Source: Candidatus Kaiserbacteria bacterium RIFCSPHIGHO2_01_FULL_53_31 (GTDB lineage: Bacteria; Patescibacteriota; Minisyncoccia; Phycocordibacterales; Phycocordibacteraceae). Taken from it: DNA of 64,000 nt. Location of the stretch: positions 14,254 to 78,253 of the forward strand of contig MFKU01000010.1 in the NCBI GenBank assembly GCA_001781095.1, read 5' to 3'. The notes under the pieces are model-generated. The model saw nothing but the letters and a program-made list of their open reading frames with translations, made no database searches and had not been told where the DNA came from. Within the stretch, counting starts at the first letter, position 1; each line of letters starts with the position of its first letter. The position numbers were made by a program, and so were the translations under genes. Shown here in pieces: positions 55,168 to 63,515 of this stretch.

Positions 55168-57120
55168 ATGGCTGGTTCTGAACTCTATGAAGGCCCGATA
55201 GCGATGACCCGCAAGGGTTTCGGCTTTTTTTCGATTGGCGAAGATAAAGAGGATCTCCTTATACCGCCTGAATCAACAAACCATGCCCTCTCGGGCGATA
55301 TCGTAAAGGTGACCCCCGCGGGAACATATCGCGACCCAATGGGAAAAATGCCGCCGCGAGAGGCTGGCACAGTAGTCGAGATCGTCTCGCGCGCCCGCGA
55401 GTCCTTCGTCGGTACACTCGTCCCATCTGAGGAACGGCCCGGAATCATTCTCCTCCAGCCTGACTACAAGCGGATGCATGTGCCACTCGAAGTGAGAGAT
55501 GCCCAAGATGCTCCTCTAGGCTATAAAGTCCTCGTTGAAATGAAGGGTTGGGACGACGATATTGCCTACCCATGGGGTGTCGTCACCGAGAAGATCGGCG
55601 AGGCTGGCGTGCATGAGACCGAGATGCGCGCGCTTGTCCTCGGCCAAGGATTCTCGAGTGACTTCCCTCCCGGTGTGATGAGTGACGCACACGACCTCGA
55701 GTTGAATGGCCGAACCCAAATCAAAGAAGAAGTTGCCAAAGGAACGCGTAGAGATTTCCGCGCTATCCCGACCTGCACCATCGACCCTTTTGATGCAAAA
55801 GATTTTGACGATGCACTCTCGGTGCGAAAGCTCGACGATGGGAATAGCGAAATTGGCGTGCATATCGCCGACGTCTCATTCTTCGTGAAGCCAAGCACAA
55901 ACCTCGACAAAGAGGCCTATGCCCGAGCAACAAGTGTGTACCTCGTCGACCGCACGGTGCCGATGCTCCCTGAGATTCTTTCAAATGACCTCTGTTCACT
56001 AAAGCAGGGTGAGGATCGCCTCTCCGTCTCTGCAGTTTTTACACTCGACAAAGACGCCAACATTGTGGACACGTGGTTTGGCGAGACTGTGATTCACTCT
56101 GCGAAGCGCTTTGTCTATGAAGAAGCTCAGGATGTCCTCGATAACGGCGAAGGGACGCTGCATGAAGAGCTCGCGCTCATGCTCGATCTATCGAAGAAGA
56201 TTCGCACCCGTCGTCAGGCGAAGGGTGCGATCGAATTCGACACCGTCGAAGTTAAGGTCGAGCTCGACCAAACCGGTAAGCCGATCGCGATTCGCTTGAA
56301 GGAGCGCAAAGCGACTAATCTCATGATCGAGGACTTCATGCTTCTCGCGAACGAGGCCGTGGCGAAGCATCTCTCAGATCTCACGAGTAATGGCGGCCCT
56401 CACTTCGCTTCGCTTTACCGCATCCACGATGAGCCAGACGCCGACCGGATCGAGAATCTAGCGAACCTTCTTAGGATTATGGGTTATCAACTTAAGACAA
56501 AAGCTGGAAAAGTCTCGGGCGCTGAATTAAATAAACTGCTCGATGCGGTGAAAGGCAAACCTGAAGAGTACCTCGTAAAGACAGCTACGCTTCGCTCGAT
56601 GAGTAAGGCAGTGTACGCGACACAGAACATCGGTCATTTCGGTCTCGCCTTTGATTTTTATACTCATTTCACTTCCCCGATCCGGCGCTACCCTGACCTC
56701 ATCATCCATCGCCTCATCAAAGCGCACGCCGGCGGCGACCTGATCACACCTACAGAAATGCAGGAGTTCGACAAACTCGCACTGCACGCATCAGAGCGCG
56801 AGGTGGCGGCATCCGACGCCGAGCGCGACTCAGTCAAGATGAAGCAGGTAGAATTTCTCTCGACAAAAATTGGCGAGACCTTTGACGCCGTTATCTCGGG
56901 TGTGACCGAGCGCGGTCTCTATGTCGAGGAGCAAACAACCCACGCTGACGGGATGATCATGATCCGTAATGTCGGTGATGACTATTTTGAATTTGACGAA
57001 AAGCATTACCGCCTCGTCGGCCGCCGCACGCACAAAGCCTTCCAACTTGGCGATCCTATCCGCGTCAAATTGATGGCCGCCCGCATCCCCGAAAAAGAAT
57101 TGGATTTTGTTCCCGCCTAA
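55168..57120 (+). CDS. rnr: ribonuclease R
   Basis: Cold-shock domains, RNB catalytic domain (IDPFDAKDFDDALS, HFGLAFDFYTHFTSPIRRYPD), S1 domain. Confidence 0.9.
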   Translation: MAGSELYEGPIAMTRKGFGFFSIGEDKEDLLIPPESTNHALSGDIVKVTPAGTYRDPMGKMPPREAGTVVEIVSRARESFVGTLVPSEERPGIILLQPDYKRMHVPLEVRDAQDAPLGYKVLVEMKGWDDDIAYPWGVVTEKIGEAGVHETEMRALVLGQGFSSDFPPGVMSDAHDLELNGRTQIKEEVAKGTRRDFRAIPTCTIDPFDAKDFDDALSVRKLDDGNSEIGVHIADVSFFVKPSTNLDKEAYARATSVYLVDRTVPMLPEILSNDLCSLKQGEDRLSVSAVFTLDKDANIVDTWFGETVIHSAKRFVYEEAQDVLDNGEGTLHEELALMLDLSKKIRTRRQAKGAIEFDTVEVKVELDQTGKPIAIRLKERKATNLMIEDFMLLANEAVAKHLSDLTSNGGPHFASLYRIHDEPDADRIENLANLLRIMGYQLKTKAGKVSGAELNKLLDAVKGKPEEYLVKTATLRSMSKAVYATQNIGHFGLAFDFYTHFTSPIRRYPDLIIHRLIKAHAGGDLITPTEMQEFDKLALHASEREVAASDAERDSVKMKQVEFLSTKIGETFDAVISGVTERGLYVEEQTTHADGMIMIRNVGDDYFEFDEKHYRLVGRRTHKAFQLGDPIRVKLMAARIPEKELDFVPA

Positions 57121-57191
57121 GTTAGGCGACACATCAATATTTCTATCCAGTCCATACTATATAGCGTACTACAAGTAAAACAACCACCGGG

Positions 57192-57220
57192 AAAGTTAGG
57201 ACATCGGATGTCCTAACTTT
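57192..57220. repeat. REP-like palindromic hairpin (left)
   Basis: AAAGTTAGGACATCGGATGTCCTAACTTT; overlaps the transposase stop codon. Confidence 0.7.
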
Positions 57221-57863
57221 TGTATTCCAGATAGTCGCTTTCTTGAGCAAGGCTTGGGTCATGAATAACTTCAACGATTGTCCGCTCATACTCTGACCGC
57301 GTCCCGAGCATTGGATTAAGCACATCGGTCCTAATAATTGACGGGAAATTTCGCACGCCCAAATAATCGAGATGACTGCTCCAGCGATAGTCGAGTAATG
57401 CTTCGAGAGCCTTTTTAGTATTTCTAACCTCGCCCGCGCGCCATTCTGGATGCACATAATCGAGAGGATTGAGATGTATATAAAATGGAATATAGAGAAA
57501 ATGCGCATCACGTTTTATTTGCACCTTGCGATATTTACCCTGCCAGAGAGCACCCGAGCGTTTATGCCGATTATTGAAATATTTTGTATAGCCCATATTA
57601 ATCTTTTGCATAAACAGAGAAATCCCATTCTCGATACGTTCTGTAACGAGCAGATGATAGTGATTCTTCATTAAGCAATACGAATGGATATCGACGAGTT
57701 GTTCACGAGCATGATCTTCGCGCCGCTCATTCAGAATGTAATTCGGCGTCGTGTTGCGATCATTTAAGGCATACAGGTTGTGAATGAAGCGGAGACGGTC
57801 GTGCTTGTCTGTAACGATATCTCGTTTCTCCACCCCACGCCCAATAAGGTGCCAGAATTCCAT
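57213..57863 (-). CDS. Y1 HUH transposase (REP-associated tyrosine transposase / IS200-like)
   Basis: HUH motif NHYHLLV; catalytic tyrosine region GYTKYFN; 216 aa. Confidence 0.7.
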   Translation of the reverse strand: MEFWHLIGRGVEKRDIVTDKHDRLRFIHNLYALNDRNTTPNYILNERREDHAREQLVDIHSYCLMKNHYHLLVTERIENGISLFMQKINMGYTKYFNNRHKRSGALWQGKYRKVQIKRDAHFLYIPFYIHLNPLDYVHPEWRAGEVRNTKKALEALLDYRWSSHLDYLGVRNFPSIIRTDVLNPMLGTRSEYERTIVEVIHDPSLAQESDYLEYKS

Positions 57864-57878
57864 TGCGTCATTATAGCT

Positions 57879-57908
57879 AAAGTTAGGACATCCGATGTCC
57901 TAACTTGT
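57879..57908. repeat. REP-like palindromic hairpin (right, inverted relative to left)
   Basis: AAAGTTAGGACATCCGATGTCCTAACTT; exact reverse complement of the left hairpin, 16 nt upstream of the transposase start. Confidence 0.7.
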
Positions 57909-57978
57909 GCATAATTCATGAGCTGGACAATCCTATCGAGGTCAGACTTACTGTTGCTTGCATCACTGAAAAAGAAAT

Positions 57979-58021
57979 GGATTTTATTCCTGCATAAAAT
58001 TAGAACACCGGAGGTCCAACT
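57979..58021. repeat. degenerate duplicate of the rnr 3' end plus a degenerate REP copy
   Basis: GAAAAAGAAATGGATTTTATTCCTGCATAA reads KEMDFIPA* against rnr KELDFVPA* (26/30 nt); followed by AATTAGAACACCGGAGGTCCAACTTT. Confidence 0.6.
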
Positions 58022-58351
58022 TTACTTTTGCAGTTTTCTTATGAGCATAATCATTTTCTGAATTACCCAAGATAGTCCCCCTGTAGCGCAGGTTACGAAT
58101 ATGAGCATCAACCATTGTATGGAACTAATTGTTTTAATTTCTGATCGGATTGTTCCATTACGCAACGTGTAGGTACAGAGCGTGCCATGCGGCCAAATCG
58201 ACAATTCCATTTTTGCACATCCGCCTTCCTCAAAAAATGAAGATCCGCTATATAGGCAGCGATGCTCCGATATCGGCGTAGCTAATCCCCAAAACATCGC
58301 GAGACCTACGATAAATGCTAACCCACTAATAATTAGACTTAAGCGTGTCAT
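58022..58351 (-). CDS. hypothetical membrane protein (109 aa), low-GC
   Basis: Two TM segments; AT-rich codon usage unlike its neighbours. Confidence 0.4.
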   Translation of the reverse strand: MTRLSLIISGLAFIVGLAMFWGLATPISEHRCLYSGSSFFEEGGCAKMELSIWPHGTLCTYTLRNGTIRSEIKTISSIQWLMLIFVTCATGGLSWVIQKMIMLIRKLQK

Positions 58352-58403
58352 CCGTTGAACATTGTGATGTTCATATTAATTAACTTCAGAGCGACCGTTT
58401 AAG

Positions 58404-60650
58404 TTACTTCGCAACAGCGACCGCTTCGTCGAACTTTACACTTAGGAGTTTTGAGACGCCATCCCCACCCATAGTGACGCCATAGAGGATCCCGGCGCGG
58501 CTCATAGTCTCGCGATTGTGCGTGATCACGATAAGCTGCGACTTCTTCGCGAGGTTTCCGATCATGTCGCCGTAGCGACGGCTGTTCGCTTCATCGAGCG
58601 AAGCATCGGTCTCGTCGAGGATGAGGAACGGTGGTGGGTTCACCTGACTCATGGCAAAGATGAGCGCAATGCTGGTAAGCGCTCGCTCGCCGCCCGAGAG
58701 CTGCATCAGGGAGCGCACCTTCTTCCGAGGAAGATTCACTGAGATTTCAATGCCGGCCTTACCCTTCGTAGCATTGGCGGAGAAGGGGTCGCTTGATTCT
58801 TCCAACTCTTCAGATTCGTCCAATTCCTCAACTTCGGGCTCTTCCAAAGTCAAACGTGCATTGCCACCGCCGAACATAAGCGCGAAATATTCGTTAAATG
58901 ATTCATTTACTTTCGAGAGACCCTCAGTGAAATGTTTAGCGAGTTCAGTATCCAAATCTTGAATGAGTGCACCCAAGCTCTCGGCCGATTTCGCGAGGTC
59001 GTCGAGCTCCCGCGCGAGAAATGTCTCACGCTCCGACACCTCTTTGTGCTCGTGACGGATCTCTTCGCCCGCACCGCCAGCTTCTTCGAGGCGAATCTTG
59101 ATTCGCTCAAGTTGCCGCGCGCGATCTTCCTGGCCGCTATGCTCGTCCTCAGATATCGACCCACGCGGTTCGTACGAGATCCCTTGAGTACCGACGAGCG
59201 CTACCACTTCCGCCTTATCGGTATCTAGCCGCCCCGTCAACAGTTTCAATTCGCGCTCGCGCGCATCCGCGTGCGTTACCTCACTTTCTTCATGCGCTTT
59301 CGTCTGGGCAAATTCGAGAATGTGCCGACGCAACTCCCTACCCGTCTCGTCGTATGCCGTAAGTTCTTCCCTCGCACGCAGGAGCGCAAGTTTCGCTTCT
59401 TCAAGATTCTTGGAGAGCATAGTTTCTTTTTCTCCTAATTTCTTCTGCTCTTCTTCGAGCGCATACACCGACTGCTCCTCATCGGTGAGCCGATCATCGC
59501 CGACGATAAACCTGTCGACGAATGCTTTTATCGTCGTATGTAACGACTTCAGCGCTGACAAAATGGCGTCCGATGTACTCGTCTGCCGGACTTGCCGTTC
59601 TGCTTCTTCAGCGAGCGCGACGAGCTCTTCTCGAGAGATGCGCGCATAGGGATCGGTGCCGATCTTCGTGCTGCGCTCCTTCGCCGCCGCCAACGCTCCC
59701 TCGATTCTCCCGAGCTCGCGTGCGAGCGCGCCCCGCTCGCTCGATAGGCGATCCGCCGTCGCCTCTGCCTTACGCACTACCTCGAGACGCTTAGCGCCCT
59801 CCGCATCGGTCGTGGCACGCTCCTCAATCGCCGAGAGCTCGGCACTTGCGGCGGCGAGCCGTCCCGTGGCCAAACGTTTCTCTTCGGCGACCTTCACCTT
59901 CTCTTCCGCTATGCGCGTGTCCTCGATCGAGAAGTACATCTGCGCGAGCGTTATAAGTTTCTTCCGTAAACTGTCGGCGCGTTCAAGCTTCTCAACTTGT
60001 CGCTCGAGGAAACGCAGATGCGGCGCGAGTTCGCGTCGAAGTGAATTCACCTGTGCGATGTTCACTTCAGTCTTCTCAAGCTTCCGTTGTGCTTCAGTCT
60101 TTTTGAATTCATAGACCTTGAGCCCGAGCGCGTCTTCGAGCATCGTACGTCGCTCGCGCGCATTCGCCAGAAGAATCCTATCAGCTTCACCCTGCGAGAT
60201 GATGTGGTGGCTCGTCTCGCCGATGTTGGCACCCGCCAGCAGTTCTTCGATATCGCGCAAGCGGACCTTCGACCCATTGATCGAGTACTCGCTCGTCCCA
60301 TCACGGTGTACTACACGCTCAATCACCACTTCATCAAAATCGATATTGAACGTGCGCTTCCCATCCGTTCCGCCATCCGCCAGCCGGCGGATTGGATTAT
60401 CAAAAACAATCGCGACCGCAGCGCGATTCGAACGAGGCACGGAATGCGACCCGTTGAAAATAAGATCTTCAGCGCGTTTGCCGCGCATGCTCTTCATCGA
60501 CTGCTCGCCGAGCGCAAATCGGAAGGCCTCGGCAACATTACTCTTGCCCGACCCGTTCGGCCCCACAATCGCCGTCGTGGCCGATGAGAAATCAAGTACG
60601 GTCTTCCGTACAAAAGATTTAAACCCGACGATCTCCAGTCGCTTCAACAT
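58404..60650 (-). CDS. smc: chromosome partition protein SMC, minimal 748-aa form without recognisable hinge
   Basis: Canonical SMC N-terminus (RLEIVGFKSF...GPNGSGKSN...DLIFNGS) and C-terminus (LSGGERALTSIALIFA...LILDETDASLD...ITHNRETM). Conserved rnc-smc synteny. Only ~450 aa of coiled coil between the heads. Confidence 0.8.
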   Translation of the reverse strand: MLKRLEIVGFKSFVRKTVLDFSSATTAIVGPNGSGKSNVAEAFRFALGEQSMKSMRGKRAEDLIFNGSHSVPRSNRAAVAIVFDNPIRRLADGGTDGKRTFNIDFDEVVIERVVHRDGTSEYSINGSKVRLRDIEELLAGANIGETSHHIISQGEADRILLANARERRTMLEDALGLKVYEFKKTEAQRKLEKTEVNIAQVNSLRRELAPHLRFLERQVEKLERADSLRKKLITLAQMYFSIEDTRIAEEKVKVAEEKRLATGRLAAASAELSAIEERATTDAEGAKRLEVVRKAEATADRLSSERGALARELGRIEGALAAAKERSTKIGTDPYARISREELVALAEEAERQVRQTSTSDAILSALKSLHTTIKAFVDRFIVGDDRLTDEEQSVYALEEEQKKLGEKETMLSKNLEEAKLALLRAREELTAYDETGRELRRHILEFAQTKAHEESEVTHADARERELKLLTGRLDTDKAEVVALVGTQGISYEPRGSISEDEHSGQEDRARQLERIKIRLEEAGGAGEEIRHEHKEVSERETFLARELDDLAKSAESLGALIQDLDTELAKHFTEGLSKVNESFNEYFALMFGGGNARLTLEEPEVEELDESEELEESSDPFSANATKGKAGIEISVNLPRKKVRSLMQLSGGERALTSIALIFAMSQVNPPPFLILDETDASLDEANSRRYGDMIGNLAKKSQLIVITHNRETMSRAGILYGVTMGGDGVSKLLSVKFDEAVAVAK

Positions 60651-60708
60651 TGCTCTCTATTGTATCAAACAAAACTGTGCTAAAAGAGTATTCAGAAGGA
60701 GGGTAAGT

Positions 60709-60903
60709 ATGCGTCTTGAATCGAATAGGAAGCGCCCGCGACTGGCTCCCGTTTTCTTCCTGGCTGCTGTCGCGGGGGCAACGTGGTTAATCTTCACAAC
60801 TCCCGAAACGAATGCTCGTCAAAAGAGCCCTGCACGTTTCGAGTCACTCGGGCCGGTTTCAGAGCAACGACCCAATCGCCACGAGTGTTCTCCGGTTCCA
60901 TAA
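60709..60903 (+). CDS. small secreted/membrane peptide (64 aa), SD-led
   Basis: AAGGAGGG 5 nt upstream of ATG: MRLESNRKRPRLAPVFFLAAVAGATWLIF...; followed by a terminator. Confidence 0.4.
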   Translation: MRLESNRKRPRLAPVFFLAAVAGATWLIFTTPETNARQKSPARFESLGPVSEQRPNRHECSPVP

Positions 60904-60924
60904 TGTGTCCCCTGCAAAAGATCA

Positions 60925-60966
60925 CGGGCGCGACATCCTTCGAGGATGCCGCGCCCGGTTTTGTAA
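60925..60966 (+). terminator. rho-independent terminator
   Basis: CGGGCGCGACATCC-TTCGA-GGATGCCGCGCCCG then GTTTTGTAAT. Confidence 0.6.
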
Positions 60967-61016
60967 TAAACGAAATGATTTAGCACCGCTACCCACTTGG
61001 GGGTTTCGCCGCCAAG

Positions 61017-61709
61017 TTACTCCCAGTGCATCGATGCCAAACCGGCCTGAGCGGCGGCCTGTTCTGCCTCCTGCTTACTCTGCCCTTCGCCGTGGGCGAT
61101 TTCTTCGGAGCCGATAAAGACACCAATAGTGAAGCGCTTGTCGTGATCGGGGCCGACTTCGCCGAGTGTTTTATAATTCGGTGTCACCCCACGCTTCTCC
61201 TGAGCGAGTTCCTGGAAATGGCTCTTAGCGTCTTGGTACGCACGCTTCGCGATGACGTCATCGATTTTTCCGTACAGATTCGCGGCAATAAATTTCTCTG
61301 CGCTCTCGTAGCCCAAGTCAAGATAGATTGCACCAATAATCGCTTCAAAGGTGTCTGCGAGTATCACGTCGCGTGCGCGGCCAGTATCGCGCGCTTCACC
61401 CTTTGACAGCAATAAAAAATCATTGACCCCGAGCTTCTGCGCACTCCCGGCGAGCGAGACGGTATTCACAAGCGCAGCACGAAAATTCGTCAATTCCCCT
61501 TCGGGCTTGGTGGGAAATTTCTTGAAAAGGAAATCGGTAACGGCGAGCTCCAGCACCGCGTCTCCGAGGAACTCGAGACGTTCATTATGATTCCCTGCAT
61601 AGTCTCGATGTTCATTCAGGTATGAACGATGCGTGAACGCCTCGATAAGGAGGTCGAGCTTATTGAAAGACAAACCGATACGGCTCGCGAAGCTGGAGAA
61701 ATCAGGCAT
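61017..61709 (-). CDS. rnc: ribonuclease III
   Basis: ERLEFLGDAVLELAV signature; C-terminal dsRBD. Confidence 0.92.
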   Translation of the reverse strand: MPDFSSFASRIGLSFNKLDLLIEAFTHRSYLNEHRDYAGNHNERLEFLGDAVLELAVTDFLFKKFPTKPEGELTNFRAALVNTVSLAGSAQKLGVNDFLLLSKGEARDTGRARDVILADTFEAIIGAIYLDLGYESAEKFIAANLYGKIDDVIAKRAYQDAKSHFQELAQEKRGVTPNYKTLGEVGPDHDKRFTIGVFIGSEEIAHGEGQSKQEAEQAAAQAGLASMHWE

Positions 61710-61768
61710 GCAACGTAGTGGTAACCATTAGGGTATAGCGCGTTTAGAGAAAATGTACAAACTGGCGA

Positions 61769-62695
61769 CTAAATCCTCGTGGCCTGTGGCTGACTAGCCT
61801 TGGTGGCGCTCGCGTGATCGAGAAGCTTCTGGACAGCCGATGTCACGATGGGGAGCATGTCATCATAGAAATTGAGATCAATGATGTCCTGCAGACGGAA
61901 CCATTTTGCATCGTCGAGCCCACCGCTCTTCTTGAGCACGAGCGGCTCGAAGTCGCATGCCGCGAGGAAGAACCATACGTGCTTGCACACTCTCCCCTTC
62001 TCCGGATGTGAAGCGACATACTCATTCTCGCCGATCTGACTCTCGATTTTCCCATCGAGACCGAGCTCTTCTTTCAGCACACGCGCCACCCCGACCTCGG
62101 GCGATGGATCCTTATCGATATGTCCTTTCGAGAGTGTCCAGTGACCGAACACGTCGTGCACGAGCGCGAGATAGTATTGCCCGTCGTGCTTGGCATACGC
62201 GATAGCTCCCGCCATTTTCTCGAGCGGCAGTTCTTCACGCTTTACTTTCTTTTTGCCTTGTTCGTCCTTGCCTGGTTCGCCGAGCTCCTTATAGACGGCA
62301 CCGAGGACACCATTCACGAACCTGCCTGAAGAATCGCCACCAAAGGTCTTGGCGAGTTCGATTGCCTCATTGATCGCAACCTTCGCTGGCACTTGTGCGC
62401 GATCGGCGAACAATAATTCAAAGAGTCCGAGGCGCAGGATATTGCGATCGATGGGCGCGATGCGCTCGAGTGGCCAGTCAGGGGCGGCCTTCGCAATAAC
62501 TAAATCAAGATCCTCGCGCTTCGCGAGCACGCCTGAAAGGAGATTTTGTATAAATGGCTGATCGATGTCATCACCACCGAACTCAGCGACATTGCGCGCG
62601 AGAATCGCCGATGCTTCCTTCTCTGATGCGTGTGTCGTATCCCACTCGAAAAGTGTTTGAAGAACAACGGAACGCGCTAAGTGACGATTCGCCAT
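61769..62695 (-). CDS. nusB: NusB antitermination factor fused to a C-terminal Nudix-like domain
   Basis: N-terminal NusB (ARSVVLQTLFEWD ... AINEAIELAKTFGGDSSGRFVNGVLG). C-terminal ~140 aa has a Nudix fold with a degenerate box GHIDKDPSPEVGVARVLKEELGL; start taken at MANRHL. Confidence 0.75.
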   Translation of the reverse strand: MANRHLARSVVLQTLFEWDTTHASEKEASAILARNVAEFGGDDIDQPFIQNLLSGVLAKREDLDLVIAKAAPDWPLERIAPIDRNILRLGLFELLFADRAQVPAKVAINEAIELAKTFGGDSSGRFVNGVLGAVYKELGEPGKDEQGKKKVKREELPLEKMAGAIAYAKHDGQYYLALVHDVFGHWTLSKGHIDKDPSPEVGVARVLKEELGLDGKIESQIGENEYVASHPEKGRVCKHVWFFLAACDFEPLVLKKSGGLDDAKWFRLQDIIDLNFYDDMLPIVTSAVQKLLDHASATKASQPQATRI

Positions 62696-62771
62696 GGAAA
62701 GATCTATGTGCCTAGTATAGCAAATCGAACGCTTGCACAAGCGTCAATTGTGCAAAAACGTTTCCTTGTGC

Positions 62772-63122
62772 CTACGCGCCTCCACCGAAGCCGCTACGCG
62801 CCTTCGGTCGGCCGCCGATACCAACTATTTTCCCAAGGATACCCTTTGAACTCTTCGCCTCTGCATTCGCGTGTTCGTGTGCGTGGTCGTGACCGTGTTC
62901 GCCTATCGGTTCAGCCTTCGTGACCTTCTTGGAAACTGTCGCACCTTTTGCTTTAACTATAAAAATTTGCTTGCCGCGATACATGCCGGTCGACTCGTCG
63001 ACACGATGTGGGAGGCGGAGATTCCCGCTTTCCTTATCAACGACGGATTTCGTCGCCGAGAGCGCGTGGTGCGACCGGCGGTTGCCAGTGTGACCTCGGG
63101 TATGACGCATGCGTACTGACAT
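62772..63122 (-). CDS. rpmF: 50S ribosomal protein L32 with His-rich C-terminal extension
   Basis: MSVRMRHTRGHTGNRRSHHALSA...SGNLRLPHRV..YRGKQI is bL32; extension EPIGEHGHDHAHEHANAEAK. Confidence 0.75.
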   Translation of the reverse strand: MSVRMRHTRGHTGNRRSHHALSATKSVVDKESGNLRLPHRVDESTGMYRGKQIFIVKAKGATVSKKVTKAEPIGEHGHDHAHEHANAEAKSSKGILGKIVGIGGRPKARSGFGGGA

Positions 63123-63150
63123 GCGTGGCACTCTAGCACATGCGTAGGAT

Positions 63151-63190
63151 AAATACAAAAAGGGGTCGTAGCGCGTTCGCTACGACCCCC
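63151..63190 (-). terminator. rho-independent terminator upstream of rpmF
   Basis: GGGGTCGTAGCG-CGTT-CGCTACGACCCC then TTTTTGTATTT on the minus strand. Confidence 0.55.
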
Positions 63191-63206
63191 ACCTGGCGGC
63201 TACTGT

Positions 63207-63425
63207 CTATCGGCCACTGACGCGTCTCTGCTGATTGCAACACTGAGAGACGTGAGAACTCACGTACTTTCCCTGCACCCAACAGTAGAGCACGTCATAC
63301 GGCTTTGTCTCTACGTGTGCGCCTGCTCCCGTACAAACTGCACAGAGCGGATACCCAGCCAGTGCGAGCTCCGGCCGATATTTCGCCACAAACGGAATTT
63401 CTGCTGCGGCCCCCTGCTGCTGCAT
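63207..63425 (-). CDS. small Cys-containing hypothetical protein (possibly a YceD/DUF177 remnant)
   Basis: Position upstream of rpmF, where DUF177 usually sits; sequence match is weak. Confidence 0.25.
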   Translation of the reverse strand: MQQQGAAAEIPFVAKYRPELALAGYPLCAVCTGAGAHVETKPYDVLYCWVQGKYVSSHVSQCCNQQRRVSGR

Positions 63426-63515
63426 TCCAACAACCTCCGTTGCGTTGCGCTCGAGTCACCCCGAGACCCCCGTTTTGAAACACCTTGTTTCAACCGTCCG
63501 CTAAGATTTATACCA

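Larger units (their letters stand above)
57121..57976. mobile_element. HUH-transposase (RAYT/IS200-like) element with inverted REP-like hairpins, inserted immediately 3' of rnr
   Basis: Bounded by rnr 3'-end copy 1 (57103-57135) and degenerate copy 2 (57979-58011); contains the transposase and two inverted palindromes. Confidence 0.6.

Noticed and set aside
58404-60650. SMC-like ATPase as a Lamassu/Wadjet-type defence component next to the transposase.
   Set aside because: Its N- and C-termini are canonical chromosomal SMC, and it keeps the conserved rnc-smc synteny. It is more parsimoniously the housekeeping condensin, though reduced.
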